Positions 52,908 to 64,000 of a DNA stretch of 64,000 nucleotides are shown piece after piece (within the stretch, counting starts at the first letter, position 1; each line of letters begins with the position of its first letter). Origin of the DNA: Octopus sinensis (taxonomy: Eukaryota); NCBI RefSeq assembly GCF_006345805.1, contig NC_043015.1, positions 18,848,001 to 18,912,000 on the forward strand. The letters are read 5' to 3'. Both the position numbers and the translations under genes were made by a program. The notes under the pieces are model-generated. The model saw nothing but the letters and a program-made list of their open reading frames with translations, searched no databases and was not told the DNA's origin.

Positions 52908-55125
52908 AACACACATGCGCAGTTAGTCAGTTGCTTCCTGTTGAGCCAGAGTGGACGTGAGTAACCAGCTCCGTCCAATTATAGAAAAAAAGACCAAAAA
53001 CGGAAAGTTGTCGAGGTGAGTGATTTTGTTTATTGTGAGTTGGGCATAATTTATTACGTGCCAATTATTATTTCAGTAAGTTGTGTCCAACTCTGAGACA
53101 ATTTCGCCTGCTCTCGGCGGCTGCCGTTTTTGTGTTTATTGAAAAAAAACAGTGGAGGGGCGTATCCTCGGAACCCAATACAGTTACTGTGCTGTGTTTG
53201 GGTTTGTTGAATTTATTCCCTTGTCAGAGTACTTCGCAAGAAAATTATAAAAATAAGCCACTATTGGATTACCTTTCGGACCCATTTTTGTGGAGGTTGT
53301 GTTACAGTTGCGGCGTTCCAGGTTCAACTCAGGCCGGGAGTACCGTAAGGCCAGAAGATTTTTGCTGTGTTTTTTCTGGTTATTAACTTTCTTTTGAACT
53401 TCATTTAACTCCCCCTTTTGTTTTTTTTTGTTTATTGCGACTTTCCGTTGATTTCTTCCCTTCTGTTGTGCTTTCTCCTTTTTGTTTTTTCAAAAATCTA
53501 TCAAATTTTATTTGGACTTTTGAACTTTTTTCTTCTCGCTCTTTAAGTTTAATTTGAATATATTTTTTAAAAAAAGCAAAAAAAAACATGGCAAGGAAAA
53601 ATAACAAAATTTTGGAATGGGAGATCATACCGCCTAAAAAGTGGTTAAAAGACCGTGAAGATAGGACGGTGGTGTTGAGAACCTACTCCAAGGCACTCGA
53701 CACCATCGCCCTATTCGAAAAGACGGCAATTGAAAAAGAGTTGGCAGAGTATTTGCCAACAATTAAATTCATTTCCAGGGGTGTCAAATATGCAACGGTG
53801 TGGTTGCTATTTGACACCCCTGAAGAGGCTTGCAAATTTGCTAGCAAACCCCTGGAGGGTAAGGAAATTTTATTCCTGCCCACGTACCAAAAAAAGAGAC
53901 TGACGAAAGCTTGGATTTGCGGGCTGCCACCCGGGATAGAACCCGAATGGATAGAGGAGACTATCCGCCGGGGTCTGGGTAGCAGCGAAACTAAGCTCCT
54001 TAATGTAAAAGTTCTTCCTGCGGCTGCTTGGGTTGGGTCAAAAGCAATTTCTTCCAGATTTTTTGAAAATGGCCGGGTGCAGGTACCCGGTGATGCTTGA
54101 GGGTCGCCCCCCTAAGTGTCATCGGTGCTTGGAGTCCGGCCACATAAAGAAGAACTGTCTCCGGGAACAAAATAGGATCCCGGAACAGTTAAGTGAAACC
54201 CCTGAAGAAGAGGGAATGATAACGGCCGAGGAAGCAGAGGACTCCTCAAACAGAGGCCGAAAGAGGAAGGTGAGCAACAATGGGTGCTCACCAAAGGATA
54301 CTAGGGATGAGGAGGGAAAGGCGAATCTTCCGGCCACGGAGGAGATGCACCCTCCCTCAGTTGAAAAGAAAAAAAAGAAAAAGAGGAAGAGAAACGGGAC
54401 ATTACCGGCTGTCGGTGACATAGCACCGGAATGTCCCGGAACTACGTCGGTTGGGGTTGTGCCACCGACAGGAGAAGAAATACCGTTGGCGGGAACTGTG
54501 CCGCCAACGAAAGAATTGAACGTATTGATCCTCTTCTATAGAGGCGGAGAAATTGAAAAGGTGATGGAAAAGCACCACAAGGGAGCACCTTTAGCCTTCA
54601 CACAGGACCCCGAATGGCGACGTGACGCTTGGGCTGAAGGAGCTCAATGAGGATTATAGCTTGGTCCCGGGCGACGCTAACTCGGAACTCGATTACGTTC
54701 TGAGGGAGGCGTGGTGGATGGTAGGGAGCGCGGGCACAAGTTATTTCGAGGACGAGTCAAATTGTGATACGACTTGAGGGGCCCCGACCTAGAGCTGGCG
54801 CATTCCTAAGGGAAGTGTAAGCCAGGTCTGGGAGGAGGGGCTTTGTGTATTGTATTTATATATGTAATTATTGAACTATGTTGTTATTAGTAATGGACTG
54901 CTAAGTCCAAAAATTGAAAAAATTGTAAGAGGTTTAATACCTCGTTTTGTGTTTGTTTTTAAAAAGAACAATGTTTTAGAGAAGCAGAAGTCGGCGGGCG
55001 CTTTTTGTCTTCTCCCATCCCCATCATCCTTCTTTCATTATCATTCACTTCATTAATGTCCTCGTCCAGCCCGCAAAGCTAACTTACTTTATGTACTGCC
55101 TTTATGGCAAATGTTATGAAATAAA
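52908..55125 (+). mobile_element. ORF1-only non-LTR-like element 1 (about 2.2 kb)
   Basis: About 680 nt 5' UTR, one gag/ORF1-like ORF, 3' UTR ending TTATGAAATAAA, no RT or endonuclease motifs. Flanked by AAGTAGCTT(G/C)CT. Confidence 0.85.
53588..54650 (+). pseudogene. ORF1p-like protein (RRM-like region, CX2CX4HX4C knuckle, acidic/basic linker); frameshift near 54050
   Basis: ORFs 53588-54100 and 54033-54650 include EGRPPKCHRCLESGHIKKNC. A deletion of about 38 nt relative to element 2 explains the frameshift. Confidence 0.8.
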
Positions 55126-55137
55126 GTAGCTTCCTTA

Positions 55138-57175
55138 CTTCCGGTTAACCAGAATGCAACACTAATTGGTCTGGACTGTTACAGTGAGAAGATGTGAGTT
55201 TCGGCTCCGTGAATAGAAAAAAAGAACAAAAAAAAATTGTCAATTATGGATCGCTATAGCGATCACCGTAACGGTGAATTGAGAATTTTTGCTTGAAAAT
55301 TCTTCTTGTAAATTCTAGTGGGCGTATCTCGCCAGAAAAATAAGAATAAGCCATTTGGATTACTTTTTGGATTACCTTTTTGGAGTATTATACAAAGGAT
55401 TCCCTGTCTGTGCTATTTGTGAGGTATTTCTTTTACTTTTCCCTTCTTCTATTTTTCTTTCTTTCTAAATTTTGGCTCATTCTTTTCATTAATTTAATTT
55501 CAGTTTCCTCCCCTCCTCTTTTATTTTGTTTTATTATTATTCGGTTTAATTTTTTGGCAGACTGTCTTTTGAACTACTTTTGAACTGTTTTTTGACATGG
55601 CCGAGAAGGAACTTAAAAAGAAAAACTCTGTCTTAGAGTGGGAAATTAACCCGCCTAAGCAGTAGTTAAAAGATATGAAGGAGAAGACGATGGTACTTAG
55701 AACTTATTCTAAAGTTCTTAATTCCATCACCGTCTTCCCAAAACAAGTCATAAAAAATGAACTTAAAGAATATTTGTCCTCTTTAAAATATATATCCCGT
55801 GGTGTCAAACATGCAACCGTATGGTTGCTGTTTGACAACGGGGAAAAGGCTCGCTAGTTTGCGAGTCAGCCTTTAGAAGGCAAGGAAATTTTGTCCCTTC
55901 CGTCATATTATGGAAGAAAATTAATACGAGCCTGGGTATGTGGGTTACCCCCAGGCACCGAAGCGGATTGGATTGAAGATACCATCCGACGGGGGCTGGG
56001 GGATGGCGGGCCCAGGCTCTTAAATGTAAGGGTATTGCCGGCGGTCGATTGGGAAGAGTAAAAAGCGATTTTGACCCTGTGGACCCCATCGGCCGCAACA
56101 GATCTGGTTTTTCCAGATTTCTTGAAAATGGCTGGCTGAAGGTATCCGGTGATACATGAGGGACGTCTCCCCAAATGTCACTCGTGCCTGCAGCCAGGCC
56201 ACATTAAAAGGAACTGCCCCCAGCACCATGGTAAGGACCTGGAACAGTCACTAGATGCCACCTCCCCTACCCGGTCAAAGGGAGAGGTGGATGTGGTCGA
56301 GGAGGCTTCAGTCTCCTCAACTCAAAAGGGATTAAAAAGGAAGAAGGCGGGCAACAATAGTTGCCCGCCGAAAGAACCTAAGGCTTCGGGAGGCCGGTGA
56401 GAGTCTCCGGACAAAGCGGAAGAGCTCCACTCTCCCGAAGTCAGGAAGAAAAGAAAAAAAAGAAGGAAGAAGAACGGGTCATCTCAGCGGGGAGATGATG
56501 TGCCGTCCGCATGTCCCGAAGTTGTTCCACCTACGGTGGAAGAAACAACCCCCACCCTTAAAGATGATCAATTAATTATCTTTTTCTATAAGGGCAGAGA
56601 GGTGGAAAAAATAGTAGAAGAACATAAAGAGACAGTAGATATGCCCTTCACACGGGATCCCGAATGGCCTCCGAAGATAGCTGTGGAGGTCATAAGGTTT
56701 CCCTTGTGAGAAAGGCTTAAAGGATTTGGGGAGGAGTGTCGCATATAGCCGGGTGGCCCTTACGCGACTTACATGTCCTACATGAGTGAGGCATGGGAAA
56801 TGGCGGGGTACATGAACTCAAGCGGCATTGAAGATAATGATGAATATATCGAAGAGTAGGAGGTGAAAGACCCTCGTTATAGGGTTTGAAACCTCATCTT
56901 ATTGTATTATTTGTAGTGGTTTATAACCTCAATTGTGTGTTTAAAAAAAACATGTTAAGTAAGAGGTTTTAGTGCCTCCTTCTTGTAAGAGGTTTGAAAC
57001 CTATTGATTTTTTAAAAAAAGAAAATATGTTTTCGAGAAAAATCCAATCGGCGGGTGTTGGGTTTCGTCTCTCATTTATTCATTCTATTTCATTTTCATT
57101 CATTAATGTGCTTGTCCAGCCCGCAAAGCTATACACTCTTTGTACTGTCTATGATGACAAATTTTATGAAATAAA
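55138..57175 (+). mobile_element. ORF1-only non-LTR-like element 2 (about 2.0 kb, diverged subfamily, in-frame stops)
   Basis: Colinear with element 1 (VLRTYSK, ISRGVK.ATVWLLFD, CGLPPG, EGRLPKCHSCLQPGHIKRNC) and shares the 3' end ttatgaaataaa. Confidence 0.85.
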
Positions 57176-57545
57176 GTAGCTTGCTTATCAACCACATGGT
57201 TCCGGGTTCAGTCCCACTGCGTGGCACTTTAGGCAAGTGTCTTCTACTATAGCCTCGGGCCGATTAAAGCCTTGTGAGGGGATTTGGTAGACGGAAACTG
57301 AAAGAAGCCCGTCGTATATATGTGTGTGTGTGTGCGTGTGTAGGTGTCTGTGTGTGTGTTTGTGTTTGTCCCCCAACATCACTTGACAACCGGTGCTGGT
57401 GTGTTTACGTCCCCGTAACTTCGTTGTTCGGCAAAAGAACCGATAGAATACGTACTGGGCTTATAAAGAATAAGTCCTGGGGGCGATTTGCTCGACTAAA
57501 GGCGGTGCTCCAGTCAAATGACTGAAACGAGTAAAAAAGTAAGAG
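57174..57545 (+). mobile_element. Remainder of the interrupted tRNA-derived SINE
   Basis: aagtagcttgcttatcaaccacatggttccgggttcagtccc (B box) ... gtcaaatgactgaaac tail. Confidence 0.92.
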
Positions 57546-58998
57546 TATAAGGTTTTTATTTCCGTACTGACCCCTGGTAATATCATTAATGATTTTTACC
57601 CTTTATTCCAATATATATATATATATATATATACAAATGGTGTGGATGTTGCGATTTTCTGACAATAACAGCAATTGGAAATATGCAAGTTAAGCAAATC
57701 TGAAGCTTCAAATTGTAAGTGAAAATGATATATTCCTTGTCCGAATAGACCAGATACTTGTAGAATTTTAAGTAGGAATGGACTATTGCGTGAAGTATAT
57801 AAAGCATTACTGTTAAAAGAATCAGGAAGGAATTTTTATCTTCCAAGGCTTTTTATATATTTTACAAGACGCACATGTAGATACGATTTGGCTAAATATT
57901 TTCGATATGGATATATTTAATGCATATTGATTTTTGTTAATGGAAAAAACTGTCACATATTAGCACATGGTTATATTTTTAATGCAGAATTTAGAGAAAT
58001 ACAATAATTCTATAGGAAATGACAACTTATTCTAATAATTTGCTTTTTTTCTTTTTGCTAACAACCCATCTCTATAATGTTCTACAGCTATGTAGTAGCT
58101 TTCATCGAAATATGTCTGAAGTTATTTTCTTTAAATCAATTTTTCTCAACAGACAAAACTGTGAAATCACAATTCTACAAAAAGAAAATATAATGCAGAA
58201 TCTACTACAATTAGTTGCGGCCATATTTCAGCTGTATGAACTTATATTGCTTAATACATAACGTCATTTAAAGTGGTGCTCGCATTGTCAGAAACACAAA
58301 AGAAGTAATATAGAGGAGGGCAGTGTAAGTACTGATGGGAGATATTAATGGTTTCTTCGTAACCTTTAAAGTGCTACTTGAAGAAGTACCTGAAGCGCTA
58401 CGTAAAAGAGATTATTGCATTCGCATTAATATTCTGTTTAAATACAGAAGAAAATTGTATCCAATTGGTTGAGTTAGAAATGTCACTTGTACTATTACTT
58501 CACCTGAGGTTATTCTGAATTTATAGAAAGGTGTATCAATTTTTATGTCATAGCTGTAACTTTACATATCTGGGAATGTAGGGAAGTTTCTTAGAATAGT
58601 CTGGGATATTTTGAAATCGGATTATTGATTTCTAATTGTTTCTCAGATCGGAAAAATCCATTTGAAACAATCCATTCCGGTTGGATTGCTCACCAATCGT
58701 TTCTAGGTGATGTTTTTCTATACGTAAATAACTTTAGTCTACTATTCATCACAGTTTTCTATATTGGATACCTTCTAGGAAACTATACAATAGAGATTAA
58801 GATAATGAGTTAATTCGTAACTACTCTAGTGGCAACTTCTTGCAATATATTTAAGGACTGGAACACAAGCATAATTATTTTTGTCATTGAAATTATTAAA
58901 CTTGGGACTGTATTTTGTGGGAAATGAACACACGTTTTTATCCTACATTGGCGAAACCCTCCTTTATTTAGACATATGTCTGTCGTTGTTTTACTTAC

Positions 58999-59096
58999 CT
59001 TGAACCATTTAATAATGGAACATTTGTCATAAAATATCCAGCTTGTTGTGATTCTTGATTTACATGCACTCCATTTTTCTCTCTTGTAAAATCCAT
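58999..59096 (-). CDS. Candidate first coding exon of an unknown host gene
   Basis: ATG GAT TTT... gives MDFTREKNGVHVNQESQQAGYFMTNVPLLNGS and ends at a consensus donor AG|GTAAGT (58998). No homology recognised. Confidence 0.3.
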
Positions 59097-59914
59097 GAGT
59101 CAAGCGATTCTATTCACCTCTTTATTTATTCATTTGCAATAAATTTCAATTTAACATCAGTGCTAAATGACCTGAAGAAAGGCAAAATATTGAAAAATCG
59201 AAAGAGCAACATTTTGCACTTAGTACATGAATGAACTATCAAATTAACCCTGCTACCGATGTGAATTAATTATATTTGTTAAATACAGATTTATTGGTTA
59301 TTTTATAGTTTAAGTATTGTCATTTTTAAAAAGTAAACGATAGTTATTATAGAACATTATTTACATTATTTACATTATTTAGATTTGACAGATATTTAAA
59401 TATAGAAGTTATATAGAGTTATAGAAGTTGTGTCTTAAATGATGTTCATAAAATAAAAACAAACTACTAATACCATTATCTAATAATTTACAAAATAAAA
59501 GCAACCGAAATTCAACTTGAGAGGTGTACATGTTGCGAATTTAATTTTGCATATAAAATATTTCACATCACATTATAAAGAAACAAATGTAGCGTATACT
59601 TTGAAAACACTAGTTGGCAAGCACTTCCCAACAGAACATAAATGCCACACTTTGCAATAGAAGCAACAGATGAATCAGTTATCGCTGCATAAATACACAA
59701 AATGTAATCAGTAAACAACAACTTACCACAGAACACGCAATTCGCTGCTGCAAACATGCAGCTGCACAAGAACAAGGATGTACCCATTAAATGAAGACTG
59801 TTTACAGAATGTGGTCGGGAACTGCGACAGGTGTCAATCCATCGACCCTTCTCCGGGTGTGTACGAGCAGGGAAACGTTTCGACAGAGCACAACTGAAGA
59901 CCATTAGCGGTGGA

Positions 59915-60597
59915 TGTAACACACTACCGGCAGCTATCGATTGTGGACCGGGCGGATAGTCATTTGAAGGAAATTGAGGACAGGCACTGCGGACAAGATG
60001 ACACGCATTCTAAATGAGGTATCCTTAGAGCGGGGCCCTGTGGACGAATATCTGATGGACAACAGTTCGGAGGCACTGAAGGTGGAAAGTGCACCGTTTT
60101 TTCAGAGCGGCATACAGGTCGAGTGGAAATGGAATCATGGAGAGCATCATCGAACGATCAAGGCTATGGCGGAGAGGGGACATGTCTCGCCACCGGATGC
60201 GCTGGTCTGGTACATGTCGCCCCGATCAGGACAGGCCGAAGAGTCCGTGCCACATAGAGCGATATTCAAATATGAATGGTGACATCCGAGTAAACCATAG
60301 AAATGCCCTGTAGAGGAGGCAGGGCCTGACTTCGTGGAGGTGGGAGATGAAGTCTGGGTCAAGCCACCAAAGGCACACTGCGCAACTCAGCGGAACAGAG
60401 TAATAATGACGGCTGTCAATTCCCAAAATAACATCTCTGTAGATGGAATGCCGTGTCATGTCTTGGATGTTCATAGGATTGTCACTTTGTCAGATGATGA
60501 TTGTGGAGAAGAGGAAGAGAATGAGGTTCCCAGTTTAAGAAGATCACAACGTGCAAGGTACCCACCCGGGTGGGTGGTAGATTTCGTCATGGAATGA
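59915..60597 (+). mobile_element. Ty3/Gypsy integrase fragment
   Basis: ERGPVDEYLMDNS; RAAYRSSGNGIME..HHRTIKAMAER; EVWVKPP..SVDGMPCHVLDV; LRRSQR. Confidence 0.88.
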
Positions 60598-60795
60598 AGT
60601 GAGGAGGTGATCTTTGAGATGAGGGTGGACGTGTGGGGATGAGCCGGAAGAAGAGGGCTATGGCGTCAATGGTCAAGGGACTGACCGGTAGGGGAGGCGT
60701 GAGGAAAGAAGTGGTGGGAGACAGGACAGGGTTGTCCTCTTTTGGCCGGCTGAGGCATTGCGAACGGACGTCAGGGAACTCACTCTTGGGTTGGT

Positions 60796-60838
<43 letters not shown>

Positions 60839-61115
60839 ACAATTGAGGGTAAAATTAATTAATTAATCAATTTCACCAAGTGTTCAGTATGTAAAAGGAC
60901 CATTTAAGGCGAATTCAAAATATGACATTATATAATTAGGGCTTAGTAAAATAAATTACTTTGCCACATACTGAACTTAGTAGAAATAGCAGCCCAAAAA
61001 AATTTTCTTAGCATTTTTACTACTTAAAGAAAATTTCTCTCAGATAATGTTTACTCCAGACAGCTCACGAAGGTTTGGAGGTAAATACAGAAAAATATCA
61101 CAAGTACATAGATCG

Positions 61116-61178
61116 TTTGAGTACGTCAACGTTTCAAGATTAGCCAAATAAAATCAGCATTTCTTTCGTCAGCTCAAA
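61116..61178 (-). ncRNA. Type I hammerhead ribozyme, array B copy 1
   Basis: tttgag-CTGACGA-aaga...tctt-GAAAC-GTTGAC-GTA-ctcaaa. All core nucleotides are canonical, with a 6 bp helix I. Confidence 0.92.
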
Positions 61179-61799
61179 ATTTCTTAATTTGGATTTGGAA
61201 ACACTAAAAAGAAGGAACTTTACCTATCAGCGAACTTGTCGCTTCAGATGAACCACTCCAACTAACAGTGTCAACAAATTCAAAATGGGCAGGCGTAAAT
61301 TTCTGCACTCCCCATTCCACCCACGTGGTCTATCTAGCAAACATTATATTTTAACCGCGAGAACCGAGGCAGTATGACCGAGAGAAATGAATTATAATAT
61401 CAAGAATTGAGGGTAAAATTAATTAATTAATCAATTTCACCAAGTGTTCAGTATGTAAAAGGACCATTTAAGGCGAATTCAAAATATTACATTATATAAT
61501 TAGGGCTTAGTAAAATAAATTACTTTGCCACATACTGAACTTAGTAGAAATAGCAGCCAAAAAAAATTTTCTTAGCATTTCTACTACTTAAAGAAAATTT
61601 CTCTCAGATAATGTTTACTCCAGTTAAAATATAATGTTTGCTAGATAGACCACGTGGGTGGAATGGGGAGTGCAGAAATTTACGCCTGCGCATTTTGAAT
61701 TTGTTGACACTGTTAGTTGGAGTGGTTCATCTGAAGCGACAAGTTCGCTGATAGGTAAAGTTCCTTCTTTTTAGTGTTTCCAAATCCAAATTAAGAAAT

Positions 61800-61862
61800 T
61801 TTGAGCTGACGAAAGAAATGCTGATTTTATTTGGCTAATCTTGAAACGTTGACGTACTCAAA
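61800..61862 (+). ncRNA. Type I hammerhead ribozyme, array B copy 2
   Basis: CTGACGA 61806-12, GAAAC 61843-47, GTA 61854-56. Confidence 0.92.
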
Positions 61863-62363
61863 CGATCTATGTACTTGTGATATTTTTCTGTATTTACCTC
61901 CAAACCTTCGTGAGCTGTCTGGAGTAAACATTATCTGAGAGAAATTTTCTTTAAGTAGTAAAAATGCTAAGAAAATTTTTTTGGGCTGCTATTTCTACTA
62001 AGTTCAGTATGTGGCAAAGTAATTTATTTTACTAAGCCCTAATTATATAATGTCATATTTTGAATTAGCCTTAAATGGTCCTTTTACATACTGGACACTT
62101 GGTGAAATTGATTAATTAATTAATTTTACCCTCAATTCTTGATATTATAATTCATTTCTCTCGGTCATACTGCCTCGGTTCTCGCGGTTAAAATATAATG
62201 TTTGCTAGATAGACCACGTGGGTGGAATGGGGAGTGCAGAAATTTACGCCTGCGCATTTTGAATTTATTGATACTGTTAGTTGGAGTGGTTCATCTGAAG
62301 CGACAAGTTCGCTGATAGGTAAAGTTCCTTCTTTTTAGTGTTTCCAAATCCAAATTAAGAAAT

Positions 62364-62426
62364 TTTGAGCTGACGAAAGAAATGCTGATTTTATTTGGCT
62401 AATCTTGAAACGTTGACGTACTCAAA
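62364..62426 (+). ncRNA. Type I hammerhead ribozyme, array B copy 3
   Basis: CTGACGA 62370-76, GAAAC 62407-11, GTA 62418-20; 564 nt from the previous cleavage site. Confidence 0.92.
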
Positions 62427-62605
62427 CGATCTATGTACTTGTGATATTTTTCTGTATTTACCTCCAAACCTTCGTGAGCTGTCTGGAGTAAACATTATCT
62501 GAGAGAAATTTTCTTTAAGTAGTAAAAATGCTAAGAAAATTTTTTTGGGCTGCTATTTCTACTAAGTTCAGTATGTGGCAAAGTAATTTATTTTACTAAG
62601 CCCTA

Positions 62606-62661
<56 letters not shown>

Positions 62662-63429
62662 GAGCTACATTAAACTTCACACAGGTCACCTGAGGATCGC
62701 GAATTATAAACACGCTGTGGTAGCTCATTCAGACTCAGCTTTGCCTTTCATACTTCATGGATCAATAAACTATAACTGTAAGCTCGTCGGACTCTTATCT
62801 TATAGTATTTCTTTGTATTCCCAGTTCAAATGCAACCATTACACCATTCATTAGCGTTTTTATGAGAGTCCACTCTGTTGCAAGCATTTGGGCCAAGCTT
62901 CGATTTCAGAATAACTCCCCCCTCCACTCTACAAGTCTCGGAGACTCTGCAAAACCTTATGAGTACAGCCGTCCCTCATGACTAAAAGATGAAAAAAATG
63001 TCAGATACATATCTTATTGCAATTGGTCGTGACAGTACTGTTCCTGGTGTTTTTATAATAATGAACACGTATTTACTGTTGCTAAACGGCTACTTAAACA
63101 CTTGAAAAAGATTTCCAGTGGCAGACATATAAATTAGCTTCTAAAGCATTTTGTTTCTTGAGAAACGAAAATTAAAAATTAAGTGACATTACATTTCTAT
63201 CTTTGATTATGACTGAGATATCGATTTATCCGAAATTAATTACTTTAATCAAACATACCACACACACACACGCACACACGCACACACACATACACACGCG
63301 CACGTACACACACACAAACACACACAAACACACACAAACAAACAAGCAAGCAAGCAAACAAACAACCCCCGCCTCCCAGAAAACAGCTTGAGCACAAAAC
63401 ATATAATAACTTTGAATGGTTTCGGCCAG

Positions 63430-64000
63430 TATAGGCCCAGGCCATGTCTAATGTAATAGCACCATCTGGTGAAATCTTTTAGTCATATATGGGACACCAT
63501 GGCCAACTCCAGCAAAGAGTTATTATTGTTGGGGTGTAGGAGGATGGTTCGGAATTTTTTGAAGAAATTTGTCCAGAGAACTTTTGAATTTTATGGGTTC
63601 CGTTTCTGTTTTGACGTATTTTGATATGATACTAAAGAGAGCTGGACCGGTTGAGGTAAAGTAGTTGTATGTGTCCTGAGTTAGATTTTTGTAGTGGGCG
63701 AGTAGCACGGGAGCTAAGTCTTGGGTGGATTTTAAAATTGATGCCAACATCATTTGCGCAATATTGATGGAATATTTTCCACATCACACAAATGATGTAG
63801 CGCTCCCGACGGCGTTGGAGAGACTAGAGATTAAACTTTTTGAGTTGACTCCAATAGCTAATGCCTGTCATGCCGTCTAATCTTTCATGTTATTGACTTC
63901 TGGAGTGCTTCCACTTTCATAATAAGTTGCTTCGTGTGGGGAGACCACAGTGGGCAGCAATATCAAGGTGGGATCAGGCAAAAGTAGAGTAGAGAAGGAT
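63430..64000 (-). mobile_element. 3' end of a CR1/L2-group LINE RT
   Basis: LEYCCPLWSP; SLQRRRERYII; FKSSLDKFLQKIP. Confidence 0.8.

Larger units (their letters stand above)
60837..62612. repeat. Array B: 564 bp units, about 1.4 forward then about 1.75 inverted (junction at 61623/61624), (TA)n on both sides
   Basis: aattgagggtaaaatt recurs at 60841 and about 61405. From 61624 to 62612 the sequence is the reverse complement of the unit. Confidence 0.97.
60608..62681 (+). mobile_element. Probable 3' LTR of that element, split by (TA)n and array B
   Basis: Purine tract 60592-60607 then TG at 60608. After array B the sequence reads ATTAAACTTCACA, ending in CA at 62681. Confidence 0.5.

Noticed and set aside
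53588-56709. Host zinc-finger or retroviral gag genes
   Set aside because: They are intronless and disabled, have TSD-like flanks and an AATAAA end, and show no LTR, PBS or protease.

Overview
This is an AT-rich, repeat-dominated animal genomic window. The SINE families resemble those I know from octopod cephalopods, which is an inference. No host protein-coding gene could be reconstructed; only two low-confidence exon candidates were found. Most computed ORFs are microsatellite artefacts. Recognisable content: decayed LINEs (RLE/HERO-like, RTE-like, R4/Dong-like, CR1/L2-group), Penelope-like RT fragments, two Ty3/Gypsy remnants, non-autonomous Helitrons, tRNA-derived SINEs, a Tc1/mariner fragment and a U6 snRNA copy. 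Two systems stand out. (1) At least three unrelated non-coding repeat families with 490, 564 and about 500 nt units carry one type I hammerhead ribozyme per unit. They share a short motif, are circularly permuted and are arranged as divergent inverted arrays; two of them are flanked by (TA)n. About 13 hammerhead motifs occur in the window, which suggests retrozyme-like circular-RNA elements. (2) Two diverged, roughly 2 kb, ORF1-only (RRM-like plus CCHC knuckle, no RT) retroelements sit in tandem at the same site of one tRNA-derived SINE head, with the target sequence repeated at all three junctions. A third distant relative lies at 22-23 kb. All RNA structures were paired by eye and none were computed or tested.
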